From Eledone cirrhosa (taxonomy: Eukaryota), in assembly GCA_964016885.1 (NCBI GenBank), contig OZ024744.1:56978001-57042000 (forward strand): DNA of 64,000 bases, in the 5' to 3' direction. Position numbers and translations under genes: made by a program. Shown piece after piece: positions 37,567 through 51,430 of this stretch (positions are counted from its first letter, which is position 1; the number at the start of each line of letters is the position of its first letter). Under the pieces are notes generated by a model that saw only the letters and a list, made by a program, of their open reading frames with translations, ran no database searches and was not told the origin of the DNA.

Positions 37567-39305
37567 TTAATTTCAGAGATACTCTTTTATGTGTTCCAGA
37601 TTTTATCTTGAACGTAAGACAGCTTTGTTCAAAGCTGTTCTTCTCTTCAAAGAATCTTCTTACCCATCATTACAGCCATACTTGGCTGAATCCTTCACAG
37701 GAACCCTTTAAAATGGGAAATTTTGTTTCTTGAACCAGAACCAGTTTTGGCCAAGATAGTATCAACATTTCAGAATAAAGCTTAATTTCTTCTGTGTCTG
37801 TTTCTTGTAAAAATCTTTGTTAAACTATGTTCCAAACTACAGCTATTGATAAAGTTATATTACTAAATTTCTTCAAATTTTTTTATCACTTTCAAAATGA
37901 TTTTAAAATTGACAAAAAACCACCCAGTCCACACTGTAAGTGGTCGTGTAGGCGCCACAGTAAAAAAGCACCCAGTATTCACTGTAAATGAGGTTGGTGT
38001 TAGGAAGGACATCCAGCTGTAGAAACCGAGCCAAAATCAGTCCTGTATGAGCAAGACACGATCACCTGACCTGGCATTGCCCACAACAGGACAACCCGTC
38101 TAACACATGCTACCGTGGAAAAATCGACGTAAAACGGTGATGATGATGATGATCAAGTAGTATCTTTCATTAGAAATATGGTTACAAACGGGATAATCTT
38201 CCTTTTCCTTCATAAGTTACAAGGTTTCTGACATCTTCAAACTTCTCCCCTTAATTTTGCAATCAAAATTGTTCATAGTCATTCACTAAGCAAGATGTTA
38301 TTTCATACCTTGCAGGAATATATCCACATTCATATGCTTTTTTGAATAGGTACTATTGTAACAGCCTACACCTTTGCAGGTTTAGCTGGCCTCCTACAAG
38401 GTTGCACCCCATAGGAAATTTCTCAGGGTATTTTAATAATAGAGGCCCCAGTCTTATGAAAACTGCGAGGAAATGATGCATCTAACTAAAAAAGCAGTAT
38501 GCTGCTTGGTCCAAGAATTGAACCCACAACTTTTACACTCTAAACTTTAGACCATATTCTTTCAAAATATGACTGATTCTTGATTGAGCTTTGCTAGTTT
38601 TTAACTCATTGTTTTATGTCTCTTTAGTACTTACACATATATATTTTTCATTTTGACTGTATGTATTGCTCTTTCTTTTAGACTACTCAACATTCTAGAC
38701 ATTTGTGATAGAACATTTGTCACCATGACCATAGCAGAATATAGTCATCCTGAAAGTTAGTGATCTCCAGATGTTATCAAAAATTTGAAAGACTTAGAAA
38801 TATTAGCAATTTTAGGAAATTCAGTAATAGGATTCTTTTAGTACTTGTCTTCAAGAATCTCTAACTTTTTAAACCCGTAGAAACTTCACCATCATCGTCA
38901 TCACTACCACCACTACCTTTTCATTCTTGGATGGGTTGGACAAGTCCTCTCCTAAAACAGGGTCTTGCCTTTTGTTTCATATCTTTTATCTCCTTTGAGA
39001 GGTTCAACAACCCCAAATCAGCTTCCACTTCTACCTATGTTTTTGTTGTTTTTCCTCATACACAGCTTCTTGGCACTCCTGGTACTTCTTCACCCAACTG
39101 CCATCACTCATACACATTACATGTCTGTACCAATGCAATCTTATCTTTACCATGCAACATCCAATTCTTCTTATATCCAGGTTTACTCTTATCTAATTTG
39201 TACTTTGTCATTTATGTACTCCAGCAAATTTGGCTCACTTTCTTTCTAGACTTCATACACCCTCTGCTTTCAGTGCATTATTGACTTGCATTATTGATAA
39301 AGGTC

Positions 39306-39490
39306 GGTGGATTGGTAGTATCGGTAGAGGGTCGGGCGCCATGCTTTGAAGCGTGGAGTTACCTCCCTTTATGATCTGAGTTCAAATCCCGCTGAGGTTA
39401 ACTTTGCCTTTCATCCTTAAGGGGTCGATAAAATAAAGTACCAGTAATGCACTGGGATAATTGCTGGCCTTGTGCCAAAAGTAGAAACAA
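39306..39490 (+). mobile_element. tRNA-derived SINE with perfect 15-bp TSD
   Basis: TSD TTATTGATAAAGGTC at 39291-39305 and 39491-39505; B-box GAGTTCAAATCC. Confidence 0.9.
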
Positions 39491-39929
39491 TTATTGATAA
39501 AGGTCATCAGAGATGACAGAACTTGATATTCTTAAGCAGATTACTGAAGAAAAGATCTTTTGATTTCTCTCAACAACTAGGTTGAAGGATATTTAAATAA
39601 GATATTTACAATACTTTTACTTACCAGTTACTCGTAGAGGGGTATAAAATAATAATAACAATGACGGAGCCAAGACAAACATGTTTATAATTCTGCACTT
39701 CAGTAAAGTCTTTTACTTGTAGCATTTTCTAGTCAAGCTACTTTGTTTCTTTTAGATATATATTAATTTATCTTTTGAAACAGAGCCTAGATTTTTCCAT
39801 TTACTTGCTCAATCTTGGTACCAGTATTCAACGTTGTTTTAGATTTAATGTAGCCATTGTCAGCTTGATAAGACTCCAATGTCTATATGATTATCACTTG
39901 CTTTGTCACTTTCTTTTACAGATAGCACA

Positions 39930-40330
39930 TCAACAAACATAACAACAAGCATTTTAAGGTCATCTTCCTTGCTAAAAGCAGATGTTAGCCGTGTTAGGGC
40001 AAAATGGTGAAGCTTTGTCATGGAGCCCCATCATCTGCACACTCTGGCTTCCAGTTCCTCCTCCATGATTTTTAGCCATATCTTTCTTGATCTTCCCCTT
40101 CTTCTATATCCTTCCATATTCATTTCCATCATTCTTTTTACCTGGTCTCTTTCATCCTTCCTCAACACGTGACCTAACCATCTCATTCCATTTCTTTTCA
40201 CTTCATTCATCTCTTCCTCTATTCCCACAATTCATTGTTTATCTTCCTTTCTCTCTGATATTTCACTCATCTACCAAGCTATTTTTCTTTTTTCAAACTT
40301 CTCTACTGCGTAATGCTCTTATACAGATAA
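39930..40330 (-). mobile_element. Old RTE 3' fragment (different subfamily)
   Basis: MRWLGHVLRKDE...RRRGRSRKIW in ORF 40031-40228. Confidence 0.7.
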
Positions 40331-43098
40331 CATCTGTATATATATTTGTAGAATATTTTTTATGATACTTCATTTAGCAGCTACCAACTGGCCATGGCCT
40401 TCTCGTTTGGCTCACTCTCTAACCTGCTTACTATAAAAGTTGTTCAGATCACTCCCCAAATATGAACTATTGGAACTGACAATCATTATAGTATAGGTGG
40501 TATCAGGTATATGTCTTATTTCTTACTTTTCTTAGCAATGCTTGTTTACTTGACTTTCTCTGTCACTGATGAATAACGAGATCAATTTTTCTGCTAAAAA
40601 ACATCTCTGGTGATTATTGATTTCTATTGAAAGGGAAAATCTTTTTTTTGTTACTAATAAGGCAACTTGAGATTGTCAAAGATAGCAAGATTTATATGAC
40701 ATTGAATTCATATTCTGCCAAGCATAGGGGTCATTATAGTGTGGCAGGAGGTGTTAGACTTTTTGTGTGACACAATTGATCACAATTGATCACAATATGA
40801 AGCATTACATTTTATAGAAGGTATGCTTTGTTAACTATTGCTCAAGATTGACTTTTATAAGCAGCAGGAGACAAGGAATGTGACTGTAAGCACAAATTTC
40901 ACATAAAGACTGATTGAGAGAGATAGAGCGAGAGAGCAAGAAAGAAACAGGTTGTTACTAGAGCAAATATGATAATTAAAAGCAATATAATCTGTACTGC
41001 AACTGAGAAACTGTTAAATATAATAAATATGTAGAAACTGAAAAGGACTGTAATGGATAGACTTTATGTAAACTTATCAGTTTTACATTTGCTTTCCATT
41101 CTGTCATGTTGGACAAATTGTTACAGTCTGAACTAGTTCTTATTCAGTTACTGCCCTCCTAAATGGATCAGAGGACCATGTTTTCCTCATACATTTCATT
41201 TTTGCCTGTTTGCTATAGCTGTATGCCTTTTCTCACACCAATTATTTCAAAGAGTACTTGGTATATATATGTGAGGACTTGGTATATACTTGAGATCTGA
41301 TTTCATCATGACAATCCACATTCTCCACTGTCCACTTTGCTTTTTACACCATTCAGGGTGGGAGTGGAGGGTTGGTGCAACTTCAATGAACTTTTGTTGA
41401 TTTGGACATGCACCATGCCACCAACAGAGGTGCATTCTGAGTAGGAATTGCTGGAGGGAATTGATGTGGAAGTGAATGAATTAAATAGTTTGGAATATGT
41501 AGTTAAACGTTTAATTCATTTAGTTGCACGGTATCATGGAAATATTTTAACTTTTTTGATACCAAACCACCTGAAACTGCCCTTTGGTTCTACAATGAAA
41601 AAATTTGTTTTAAAATGTTTATTTAAAAACTTCCACTTTTATGTTCCAAACACCAACTTAACGAGAAAGTTATTTCTGTTATAAATCCTTTTAAATTCTA
41701 AATTATTTGAAAACCACAAACACTGTATTTCATTCAGAATATGGTATAAAAGAGTTAAAAAGATGCTGATTTTTGATTAAACTGAAATACACTCCCTCCT
41801 GCTCTATCAAGTTTTGATTCGCTGGCTAGTAGTAACACACTTCTGATAATTGACTTCTATTCAGAAGAAAACCAATAAAAAACATTTCTTTCAATATCCT
41901 GTAATTATGATAGTTTTCCTTCCAGTTGTCTCCATGTTCGTTGCCTCAAATACTGGTTTCTAGAATTTACTGCACTAAAACTGTATTAACATTGTTGAGA
42001 ACAACAGAGGCATAAAACTATCTTCTTCTTTCCTTATATATTCCTGTAATTGTTTTATCATTTTTTTTGTCTGTTTTCCATGTTGGCATGGGTTGGATGG
42101 GTTGCCTGATTTGAGTCCAGATGTGTTGGAGGAACTTCACCATACTCATATGTTCTATATTTAGTGTAGTTTCTGTTGCTGGATGCCCTTACTAATGTCA
42201 ACCATCTAACTGTGTGTACAGTGTGCACTCTCTTTGTGGCACCACCACTACTGCTTTATCTATATTATTACTTATTTTTCCTATGGTTTTACAGAATCAT
42301 TAGTGTGTCAGACAAAATGCTGTGCACACTTAGTTAGGGCTCTTTACGTTTTGAGTTCAAATCTCACCAAGGTCAACTCAGCTTTTCATCCTCCAGGGTT
42401 GATAAAATAAAGTACCAGTCAAGCACTGGGTTGATTTAAGTCTTCCATACTTGTGCCTAAGTTAGAAATTATTATTATCCATCTTTCCTTTTTCTCTGAG
42501 AAGCTTCTATTTGTTATGGGAAATGGCATTACAAAGAAAGAATTTCATCATTATCACTTAACATTTATTCTTCCAAGCTGGCATGTGTTGGATGGGCTGT
42601 CACAGCTCAAGTCGGTACTTAATCAGAGTTACTGTCCTCCCAGACAGGCTGGTGGCCATGTCTCACATATGTTCTGGTTTTGGCATGGTTTTTACACCTG
42701 GATACCCTTCCTACTGCCAACCACTTTATAGTGTACTGAGTTCATTTTATTATGGAACCAGTACAATTGTTTATTGTAGATAAATCAATAAATAATATTG
42801 AGTTAGTCACAAGATAGAGGAAGTTAACATTTGAGTTCGAGGTGCTTGTTTCAGAATATTTTATTCATTTACATGGTTTCAGTTATTGACAGGAGCCATG
42901 CTGGGGCACTGCTTTGAAAGGATTTAGTCGATCATATCAATTTCAGTACCCCTTTTCAAGTTTGGTACTTATTTGTTGAACTATTATGTTATGGACACAA
43001 AAACAAACAATGGCTGACTGGATACACATGCTTTTTCTCAAAAAACTTTTCCCCATTCTTTCCTCTTCCCACTCTTTCATCTTTTATTTCTCATTCTA

Positions 43099-43131
43099 TC
43101 TTCTGATGGACTAGTGTCTGAAACGTAAAGA
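43099..43131 (+). ncRNA. Degenerate minimal hammerhead-like motif
   Basis: UCUU CUGAUG GAC UAGU GUC U GAAA CG UA AAGA; a more decayed relative lies at 44191-44224. Confidence 0.45.
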
Positions 43132-44348
43132 CTCTTTTCCTACTATATCAAGTGTTAAACTAATATATTTCTTCATTGTATTGTGTTGTTTGCTTTATTT
43201 CTGTTGTTACTTTTTGCAACAGACACACGATAGGCTCCTGCACAGTTTCTGTCCACCTTATTTCACTCGAGGTATTGATCAACCTAAGGCTATAGTAAAC
43301 TCTTGCCCAGTGGAACTAAACCTCAAACAACGTGATTGTAAATCAAACACCTTAACCACAACTGGATGTCTTTCTTATCACCAACCACTTTACAGAGTGT
43401 ACTGTATTTTATCATGGCACCAACACTAGGGAGGTTGTCATGTCCTTGACCAACTGAAGAGTCCTCAATTTCAATTGCAATCTATGAAATAAGATAAAAT
43501 ATTTATGACAATACTGTTTCAAAGAAGTTCATTTTAAAAATTCATTAATATTAAAACTTAAAATCTTCAATTTATTTCATTGTTTTTCTTTTCTGTGATG
43601 CAACAAACTGCTTTACAATCATTTTTTCCTGCAAAAGCAAAGGTTAGCCTTGCAGACCTTATGACAAGCTTCTCTACTTTGCCCTATCATTTAACTCCTT
43701 CCTGGCTTTCATTTCCTCTTCATTTATTTCAATCACCCCTCTCACCCAGTCACATTCATCTTTCTTCATCAACACATGACCCAACCATCTCATTCAATTT
43801 CTCTCTATAGCATTCATCATTGGCTCTATTCCCATCTTCCTCATCTACCTGTATATGATATCATTCTTAAAAGCATGGGGCCAATCTTGGTGAATGGGTA
43901 TAGTCAATGGCATTGATCATAGTATATTGTTGAATTATATTTTTTTAAAACAGTTGAATATTTGAATTTAGAAACTCAAGGGATGAAGCTAAATGTTATA
44001 ATATATTAAGTCACCACATCTGTATTTGGATACTTTACTGGTGTCTTTACAGGTTACCTCCACTTTACATGTCTTGTATTAAGTACTTTATACACAACTG
44101 ACTACTTCTGTTTTCACTAACAGATTTTGATCTTACAATCACGCACGCACGCGCGACTGTCAACTAACTACATCTCTCTCTCTCTCTACTTCTTGTTGAA
44201 AGACCAGTGTCCAAAACGTTAAGACTGTTTTCTAACTTATGAGCATTTTATTAATAGTTTTTTTTTGTTTTTTTTTTCCTTCCTATAGTGAAATATTTTG
44301 GAATATTATTTGAAGGCTAATCAATGTTTTTTGTTTGTTTATTTTCAG

Positions 44349-44517
44349 AATGCCAAAAAGAAAGCTTCTGGGAATACTGAAAACCATCCTCCTACCACCC
44401 AACTTACAAAAATAAAATACTCAGGTCCTGCACACATAAAAAAAGACAAACGCCAGAATTCTTCAAGATTCAGTGTTTCTAAAAACCGAGAACTTCAAAA
44501 ACTAACACCAATGAGGG
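44349..44517 (+). CDS. PPP2R5D: PP2A B56 regulatory subunit (delta/gamma-like), N-terminal arm exon
   Basis: ttttcAG|AAT...ATG AGG G|GTttgt. [56 protein letters not shown] matches B56delta TQLSKIKYSG...[19 protein letters not shown]. The phase-1 end joins the next exon (G+AT = Asp). Confidence 0.9.
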
Positions 44518-45164
44518 GTTTGTAGATTCTTTTATTCTTTTATTCTTTTACTAGTTTCAGTCATTTGACTGAAGCCATGCTGAGGCACTGCCTTAAAAGG
44601 ATTTAGCTGATTATATGAACCTCAATACCCACCCCCCGTCTAGTAGCGGTCTAGTACTTATTTATCCATATTTTTGCCACACATACATGCACTCACACAA
44701 TAATAAACATCATCATCATTTAATGTACGTTTTTCCCTGCTAGCAAGGGCTGGATGGGTTGTTACAGACCAAGTCAGTAATTAATCAGAACTTCTTAGCT
44801 CTCTGACAGCCCGAGACAAGCATCTCGTTTATATACCCACCCTCTTCTGAGTGCACTAGGTACATTTTATTGTGGCACCTGCACTAGGGAAGCTATCATG
44901 TTTATGACTCAACAGAAGTCATCTTAATCCTATGTTTAGCAAGCTTTCTAAAGCTTGATTCCCTTCCTATTACCATCTTTAGTGTGTACTGGGTTTGTTT
45001 ACCATGTAGACCACCAGCACTAAAGATATTGTACCCTCAACACAACTGAAGAATTCTCTTGGCCCTTTTTTTTGACATGATTTTTACAGCTGGATGTCCT
45101 TCCTATCACCAACCCATCACTGGGTGTATTGGTTGCATTTTTTGTAGCACTAGCACGAGAGATA

Positions 45165-47240
45165 TCATGTCATCACATTTTTATGTCGATAGGTGAAGTC
45201 TTTTCCAGCACTGCATGTTGCCAATACTTGCAGTCCTTTGTCATTTTTGTTGTGAGATTCATCTTCTTAAAGTTGGCCTTCATTACTTCACCCATGCCTT
45301 CCCCAGGGCTACCTCTTTTACATGTCCCATCTACTGAGATTTCTCTGCAGTTCTTTATACAGTTGTTATCTTTCATATGCATTCACATGCCCATACTAAC
45401 AGTTATCTCTCTTGCACGTTACCTCAAATGCCTAGTTTTTCTCTCAGCTTGCTTATGCTATGCCATTCATGCATACTAATATTACACATCCACCGGTGCT
45501 TGCTTGCTTCATTTCTTTCTAGCCTTCACAGGTCTCTTGCAGTCAAGGCCCATATCTTACAGCCATGTAGCATTGCAGTTTGTATGCATGTATCTTACAG
45601 TCTACTTTTTACTCGGATGGAGAAGCCCTTTATTGTCAGTAGAAGTAGCATCTCTCTAAACTTCTTCCAGCCCATTCTTATTCTGGCTACTGCACTTTCA
45701 GAGCATCCCCCCCCCCCACTGCTGCTAAGTACCAACTGTCAACAACTTCTAAGGAGCCTACTTGCAGTGCAGGGAATCGGCTTCACATGTGCTCTTAGTG
45801 CTTACTTCTCCAGTGCATCTACTGCATATAAAGTCTTTGTTAGTTTGCTTGTCATCCCAATGCATATCTTGCACATTCATGTTACACTGTGCATCTTATG
45901 GAATTTCTACCTGCCCCATTTCAACACAAGGGTGCTTTCCTGATGATAAAGTTTCCTGTCTTCTTTCCTACTTAATAAGACTTTAGTCTTTGCTAAGTTT
46001 AATTTTAGGCCTTGTAATACTAGGTTTTTCTAGCATGTTGGAATTACACTTTTAACTCTTTCACTAATTTAGCTATACGGACTAGAACATCAGTATACAA
46101 GAGTCCCCAGTCTAAAACTCTTTAGTTATGGCTTGAAGAATGTGAAATTCCTCACTACTCATTACTAACTCTGGCCTTGCTGGTTGCACAGCCCTCAGGA
46201 GTTATTCATCTACATCTACCTTCCTTAATGCCAATTCGATTATGGAGCAGGCATCATGCCAAAGGCCTTCTCCAAATCCTCAAATGCCAGGTATAGAAGC
46301 ATACTCTCAACTAAGTAATTCTCCACTATTCAATAGTGCCCCTATTTGGCATAAAGCTGAATAGCATCTCATCTAGCTTGATTCTATCTCTTAGTCGTGC
46401 TATAACCCTTTTAGTAACCTTTATAGCCTGGTCTATCAGCTTGATATCTCTGTAGTTACCTCTCTTTAGTGTGTCTCCTTTGCTCTTGTAATGATACTTT
46501 GCTCTTGTAATGATACTGCTGCACCAGTCATTGTGTATAACACCATCCTGTATTACATGATTACTTTTGCACCTGAATAGCTTGTAATGTACTATGCCAT
46601 TTAATAGCAATTATTCCAGATGGTCCAGCTACCTTCCCTACCTTCATATCCTAAATTGCGTTGTCTATCACACAGTCAACTTTCATGACCTGGTCCCTTA
46701 ACAGTCTTCTGTAATATGATTTCCATGCCTCTTTCTTTTCGAATCTCATTTTGAACACAATCTCCCTCAATGTCTCAAATTATCACTAATACACAGTCTT
46801 TCAATCTGGAACACTTCACACTTCTGTTCTTCACGATGTAGAACACATGCAAACTTCTTCTTTTCTGCCTACTCCTTTGCTAAATATACCTGGCGTTTGG
46901 CCTCTCTTCAAGCTATTTGGCATTGCTGTCTGCATGCTCCACCCTCTTTCTAGTTGTTCCTGGCTTGTTTCTTTGTTTTTATGGCTCCATCTATCCTATC
47001 ATTCCACCACCATGACACCTTCTGTTGCTGGAACCTTACTCCAGCCACAGTCATGATTTGTGGCTTTGAACAGATTGTCTTGTATAAATTCTTAATTTTT
47101 CTCTATCCTACAGGTCTACCTTTATTTTCGTTGGTATTGAGAAGGATTTCTCTGAAATTGTTCTAGTTGAAGGTTCTTCTTAGTTTCTGTGTCTTTCTTC
47201 TCCAGATCAGTTTTGTCTTTGAGTTCATTAGCTCTTACCC
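45165..47240 (-). mobile_element. Long, heavily decayed RTE LINE
   Basis: NDWCSSII..YKSKGD...GNYRDIKLIDQ, LEKAF and GGGCSESAVARIR remnants in collinear order. Confidence 0.85.
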
Positions 47241-47649
47241 TGATAACTGATCTTTCACCAGTGAAAGACATGGCATTTACTATCATTCAACTATGTTGTT
47301 TTCTCATAAGAATGACACACACGCACTCACCCACCTACCTACCTACCTACCTACCTTTTGCAGTTCCTATCTAAGTTTCATTAATAAAGCACTAGCCAAC
47401 TCCAGGCTATAGAAGACACTTATCCAAGGTACCACACATTGGGACTGAACCTAAAACCTATATTGTTACAAATCAGACTTCTTAATCATAACAATCATGA
47501 TTCTTTTATTATTTCTTTTCATAAGTTTTATGGCAATCATAACTGATAATGCATGAGATATTCTTCAGATATCTTATATTTTTACATGTACTGAGATTGT
47601 TCTTGCTAGCTCTAGAAACACTGAATATTTAACTGACATGTTAGGTGTT

Positions 47650-48340
47650 GCCAACACTACACAAGTGTTTTGTATTTGTTTTTCTTTCTTTGCTTCCACT
47701 CATCTTCATTTCTGTTTCCCCTACTGCCTATCCTCTGCTCTTCTTTTGCTATCATTATATATCATCATCCTCATCATAGATTTACGTTCTTTTCAAATCC
47801 TGCATGGTTTATTGTCTTTTCCAGCACATTTCTCCACTTGTTTTCCTTTGCCATCTCCCCTATGAATTTCAATATTTTGAGATTAACTCTCCCCAGGTCT
47901 TTCTCTACTACAGCTTGTCTTGGTATTTATTCACCCACCGACCACCATTCATATGCACCACATGTCCATAGCAGCAGTCTTCTCTCTTCCACATTACATC
48001 TGAATCCTCTTATATTCAGCTTTCTCTAAGCTCATCCATACTTTGGACATTCACGCACATTAACTAATATTGCATATCCATCGGAAGATACTTGCTTTAT
48101 TTCTCTCTAGCTTTTGTATATTCTCTGCATTTACTGCCCACGTCATGCAACATTGCATATTGCATGCAATGCAAGTATCATACAGCTGGCCTTTCGTTTG
48201 TTGAGAGAAATCTTCTATCAGCAGAGGTAGTAGCTCTTTCAACTTTTTCCATCCTCTTCTTATTCTAGCAACCTCTTTCACTGTTAATTAGATCACCTAG
48301 GTAGCAGAAACTCAACCACTTCTATGATTCCTTTCTAGGA
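47650..48340 (-). mobile_element. Decayed RTE 3' part
   Basis: ARIRRGWKKLKELLPLL...LERNKASIFRWICN. Confidence 0.8.
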
Positions 48341-48603
48341 TTGGAAAAAGATTATATATATAATTATAATTATAATTATTTTACATTCATTTTCTATGCT
48401 ATCATATGTGGGGCAGGTCATCAAGGTGTGAGACTAGATTAGTTGGAGAACCACCTCTTGCTCACTTTTTCTGTATTTGGCTTTGTTTCTACATCTGGAT
48501 GCCCTTCCTAATGCCAATTATTTTACAGTGTGTGTGCTGGGTGAATTTTATTGTAGTGTGTGTGTGTGTGTGTGCGTGTAAATTAACCAAACCCAAACTT
48601 TAA

Positions 48604-48803
48604 CCCTTTAGCATTTACATGACTATATTTACTCTATATTTTCATGGTAAACTCTTTATTTCACATAATTATCTGACATAATATCGAATCTGAGATTTTG
48701 ATATTTATTTTGAGAAAAATACCTTATAAGTATGAGCAGTCGGTTTGAACAGAAAGAGGTGAGAGAATTCTGGCCGGCTATGGCCGGTTTAAATGCTAAA
48801 GGG
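48604..48803. mobile_element. TTAA-flanked piggyBac-like MITE, family 1 (TIR CCCTTTAGCATTTA)
   Basis: TTAA|CCCTTTAGCATTTA...TAAATGCTAAAGGG|TTAA; opposite-orientation copy at 54612-54827 and an older copy at 32075-32279. Confidence 0.88.
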
Positions 48804-48957
48804 TTAAGTGGCAATATTTCTGGCAACATGCTGGTGTTATAGTGAGTATTACAGTGGTTGTTAGCTTTGTTTCACTTCTTTGTGCCATTTAGCAGTGAAA
48901 ATTTGTAAGTTGGCCCCTAGTTCTGGTGAGATTTTTCCAAATTTAAAATGTTAACTT

Positions 48958-49993
48958 AGCAAGTGCCCACAAAATACTAGCTCTTTCAATTGCGCAGAGG
49001 GTTCTATAGAAATAGTGGACAGCTTCCGTTACCTGGGCGATAAAATCAGCAGTGGGGGAGGGTGCTCTGAAAGTACTGTAGCTAGAGTCAGAACTGGTTG
49101 GAAAAAGTTCAGAGAGCTTATACCACTATTAGCTGCTAAAGGGTTCTCCCTAAAAATGAAAGGCAGGTTGTACGATGCCTGCATACGAACAGCAATGCTG
49201 CATGGCAGTGAGACCTGGGCATTGTGTGCAGAGGATATACGCAGACTAGAGAGGAACGAAGCTTGCATGCTCCGCTGGATGTGTAACAGTAATATACGTG
49301 AACGGCAAAGCATAAACGAACTAAGGAAAAAATTAGAGATAAGAGGGATCAGATGTTGTTTACTCGAGAGAAGGCTACGTTGGTATGGACACGTGATGCG
49401 CATGAAAGTCGATAGCTGTATAACAAAGTGCAGGGCAATAAAGATAGACGGTAGTCACAGAATAGGCAGACCTAGAAAAACCTGGGACGAGCTGATAAAC
49501 TCCGACATCACACACTTACACCTCTCCAAGACAATGTCACTGGACCGAGACCTTTGGCGGTACTCAGTAACAGAGAAGACCCGCCTTACCTAAATATATA
49601 GTAAAACCTACTCCAGCCAGTAGGCATCTCTAACAAAATACACCCCGTCCCGCCACCACCCCCACCCCATCCACACCACCCCGTTCTATGTAAAGTTATG
49701 TTGGTGCCGCGCCATCCAGGCCGAAACAAATGAGATCGTGTAGGTGTCACGACAAAAAAACACACAGTCCACGCTGTAATGTGGCCGTGTAGGCAACACG
49801 GTAAAAACCTCCCAGACCCACACTGTAAATGTGGTTGGTGTTAGGAAGGGCATCCAACTGTAGAAAACCTGCCAGACAGTCCTATGCGAGCAAGACAATC
49901 ACTCTTGCCTCAAGTGGGACTACCCCCGTCCAAACCCATGCAAGCGTGGAACACGGACGTTAAACGTTGATGATGATAATGATGATGATGATG
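48958..49993 (+). mobile_element. Young 5'-truncated RTE LINE, near-identical to 676-1700
   Basis: ORF 49015-49593 differs from the 1065-2207 protein at only about 2 residues (YDAC/YHAC, HRIG/HGIG); same 3'UTR and (GAT)n tail. Confidence 0.95.
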
Positions 49994-50199
49994 TATTGGA
50001 ATTTATGAAACCTAGACCTACTTGTAAAATTGACCAGGAATGTCTTCCTACCCATAAGTGAAATAATCCTCAATGCTAATGGTCCAATATCTTAAACTTA
50101 GATAAGCACTTCTCTTTGGTATAACCATTTTGTGGACTTTCTTAACCACAACTTGGCTACCAACCCACCTAACTGACGTATAGATTCCCTTCCAACACA

Positions 50200-51430
50200 T
50201 GCAAGTTTGCATTAGCTGTCAAGGTAGTATGTGAAGCTATCCAGAAACTGCAGAACAACTCTATATAGTTGGTTTACCTGCTGAGATCTTTGAGAATTGC
50301 TCTGATATCTTGGACCCCTTGCTGAAGTGTATGATTACATGACTCTAGGACATGAAATCTCCTCCACATGACTGGATTGATGCAGTTTTTCTCCCTTTCT
50401 TGAAGAAAGGTGCTAGGTGCTGTAGCAACTAAAGAGGCATCAGTTTGATAGATATTGCTGCTAAGATATTCACAATTTTCCTCCTACAAATGATCAGCTT
50501 ACCCAACTAAATCAATGTGGTTTTCATCAGTGCTAAGGCTTCACAGATCAAATCTTCACATTTAGAAGAATTCTGGAACAACACTGGAGCTACCAATTAC
50601 AAATTTATCAACTGTTTTGTCAACTTTGCTGCAACAGCTTTTGTTTGTCAATTGCAGTGGACTCTGGGATATCATGTTTGTAGAAAGATTACCTATGAAG
50701 CTGCTTAATCCAATTATAGCATACTACACAACTCTAAGGCATGTATGTGGCTTAGTAGTTAGAGAGCTGGATTCACAATAGTGTGGTTGTGAGTTCAATT
50801 CTTGGACCAGGTGATGCATTGTCTTTGAGCAAGACACTTTATTTCACATTGCTCTTTCTGTCAGGAGTGGCGACCAGTAGATAGCATCAGCAATGGAAAG
50901 ACCAATGGTCTGATTTACCGAGGTCCACCCCATTTGGCAAGCAAATGAGGTCTGGGATCTTGTCGATCAGAGTGAACACAACTCTACACAAGCAAAATCT
51001 AACACCTTCAAAAGCCACTCAGGTGTCCGATGGGATTGTGTTCCCCCCGCCAACACTTTAATAGTCAAGGTTAATATCTGATGTCTTATCCCAAAGTGAT
51101 GCCTGGGAAATCCCTCAAAATATTTTCTCTGCAACATTTGCTAGCATATGTTGACAACTTTGCTATAGTTGACAATAACCATGTCAATGTTCAATCAACT
51201 GTTGAACACCTCAGTGTATACATAATGCATGTTGGCATAAAAATCAATGAAACCGAGATAAATTTAGTATCCTCTTGCAGCTCACTTTCTAAAAGGTTCC
51301 TGTTATACTCTATATGAAGATTTTCAGAGGAGATAGTCAATTCAAGTATCTTGACATTACATTTATTGCCACAGGCAAAGGTAAAGTTGAGATAGATACC
51401 TGCATCAACTGTGGAACTATTTAATCACTT
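50200..51430 (+). mobile_element. Ancient RT-bearing LINE remnant interrupted by a SINE (about 50740-50990)
   Basis: GLPAEIF, PHDWIDA, KKG..CSN.RGISLIDIAAKIF, LAYVDN and GIKIN remnants. Confidence 0.7.

Noticed and set aside
39912-39960. Candidate small exon (ttttacAG...aagGT)
   Set aside because: Overlaps the tail of a decayed RTE, has a weak donor, and shows no B56 similarity.
44281-44348. Alternative acceptor 60 nt upstream of the B56 exon
   Set aside because: The extension would begin with an in-frame TGA; no further support.
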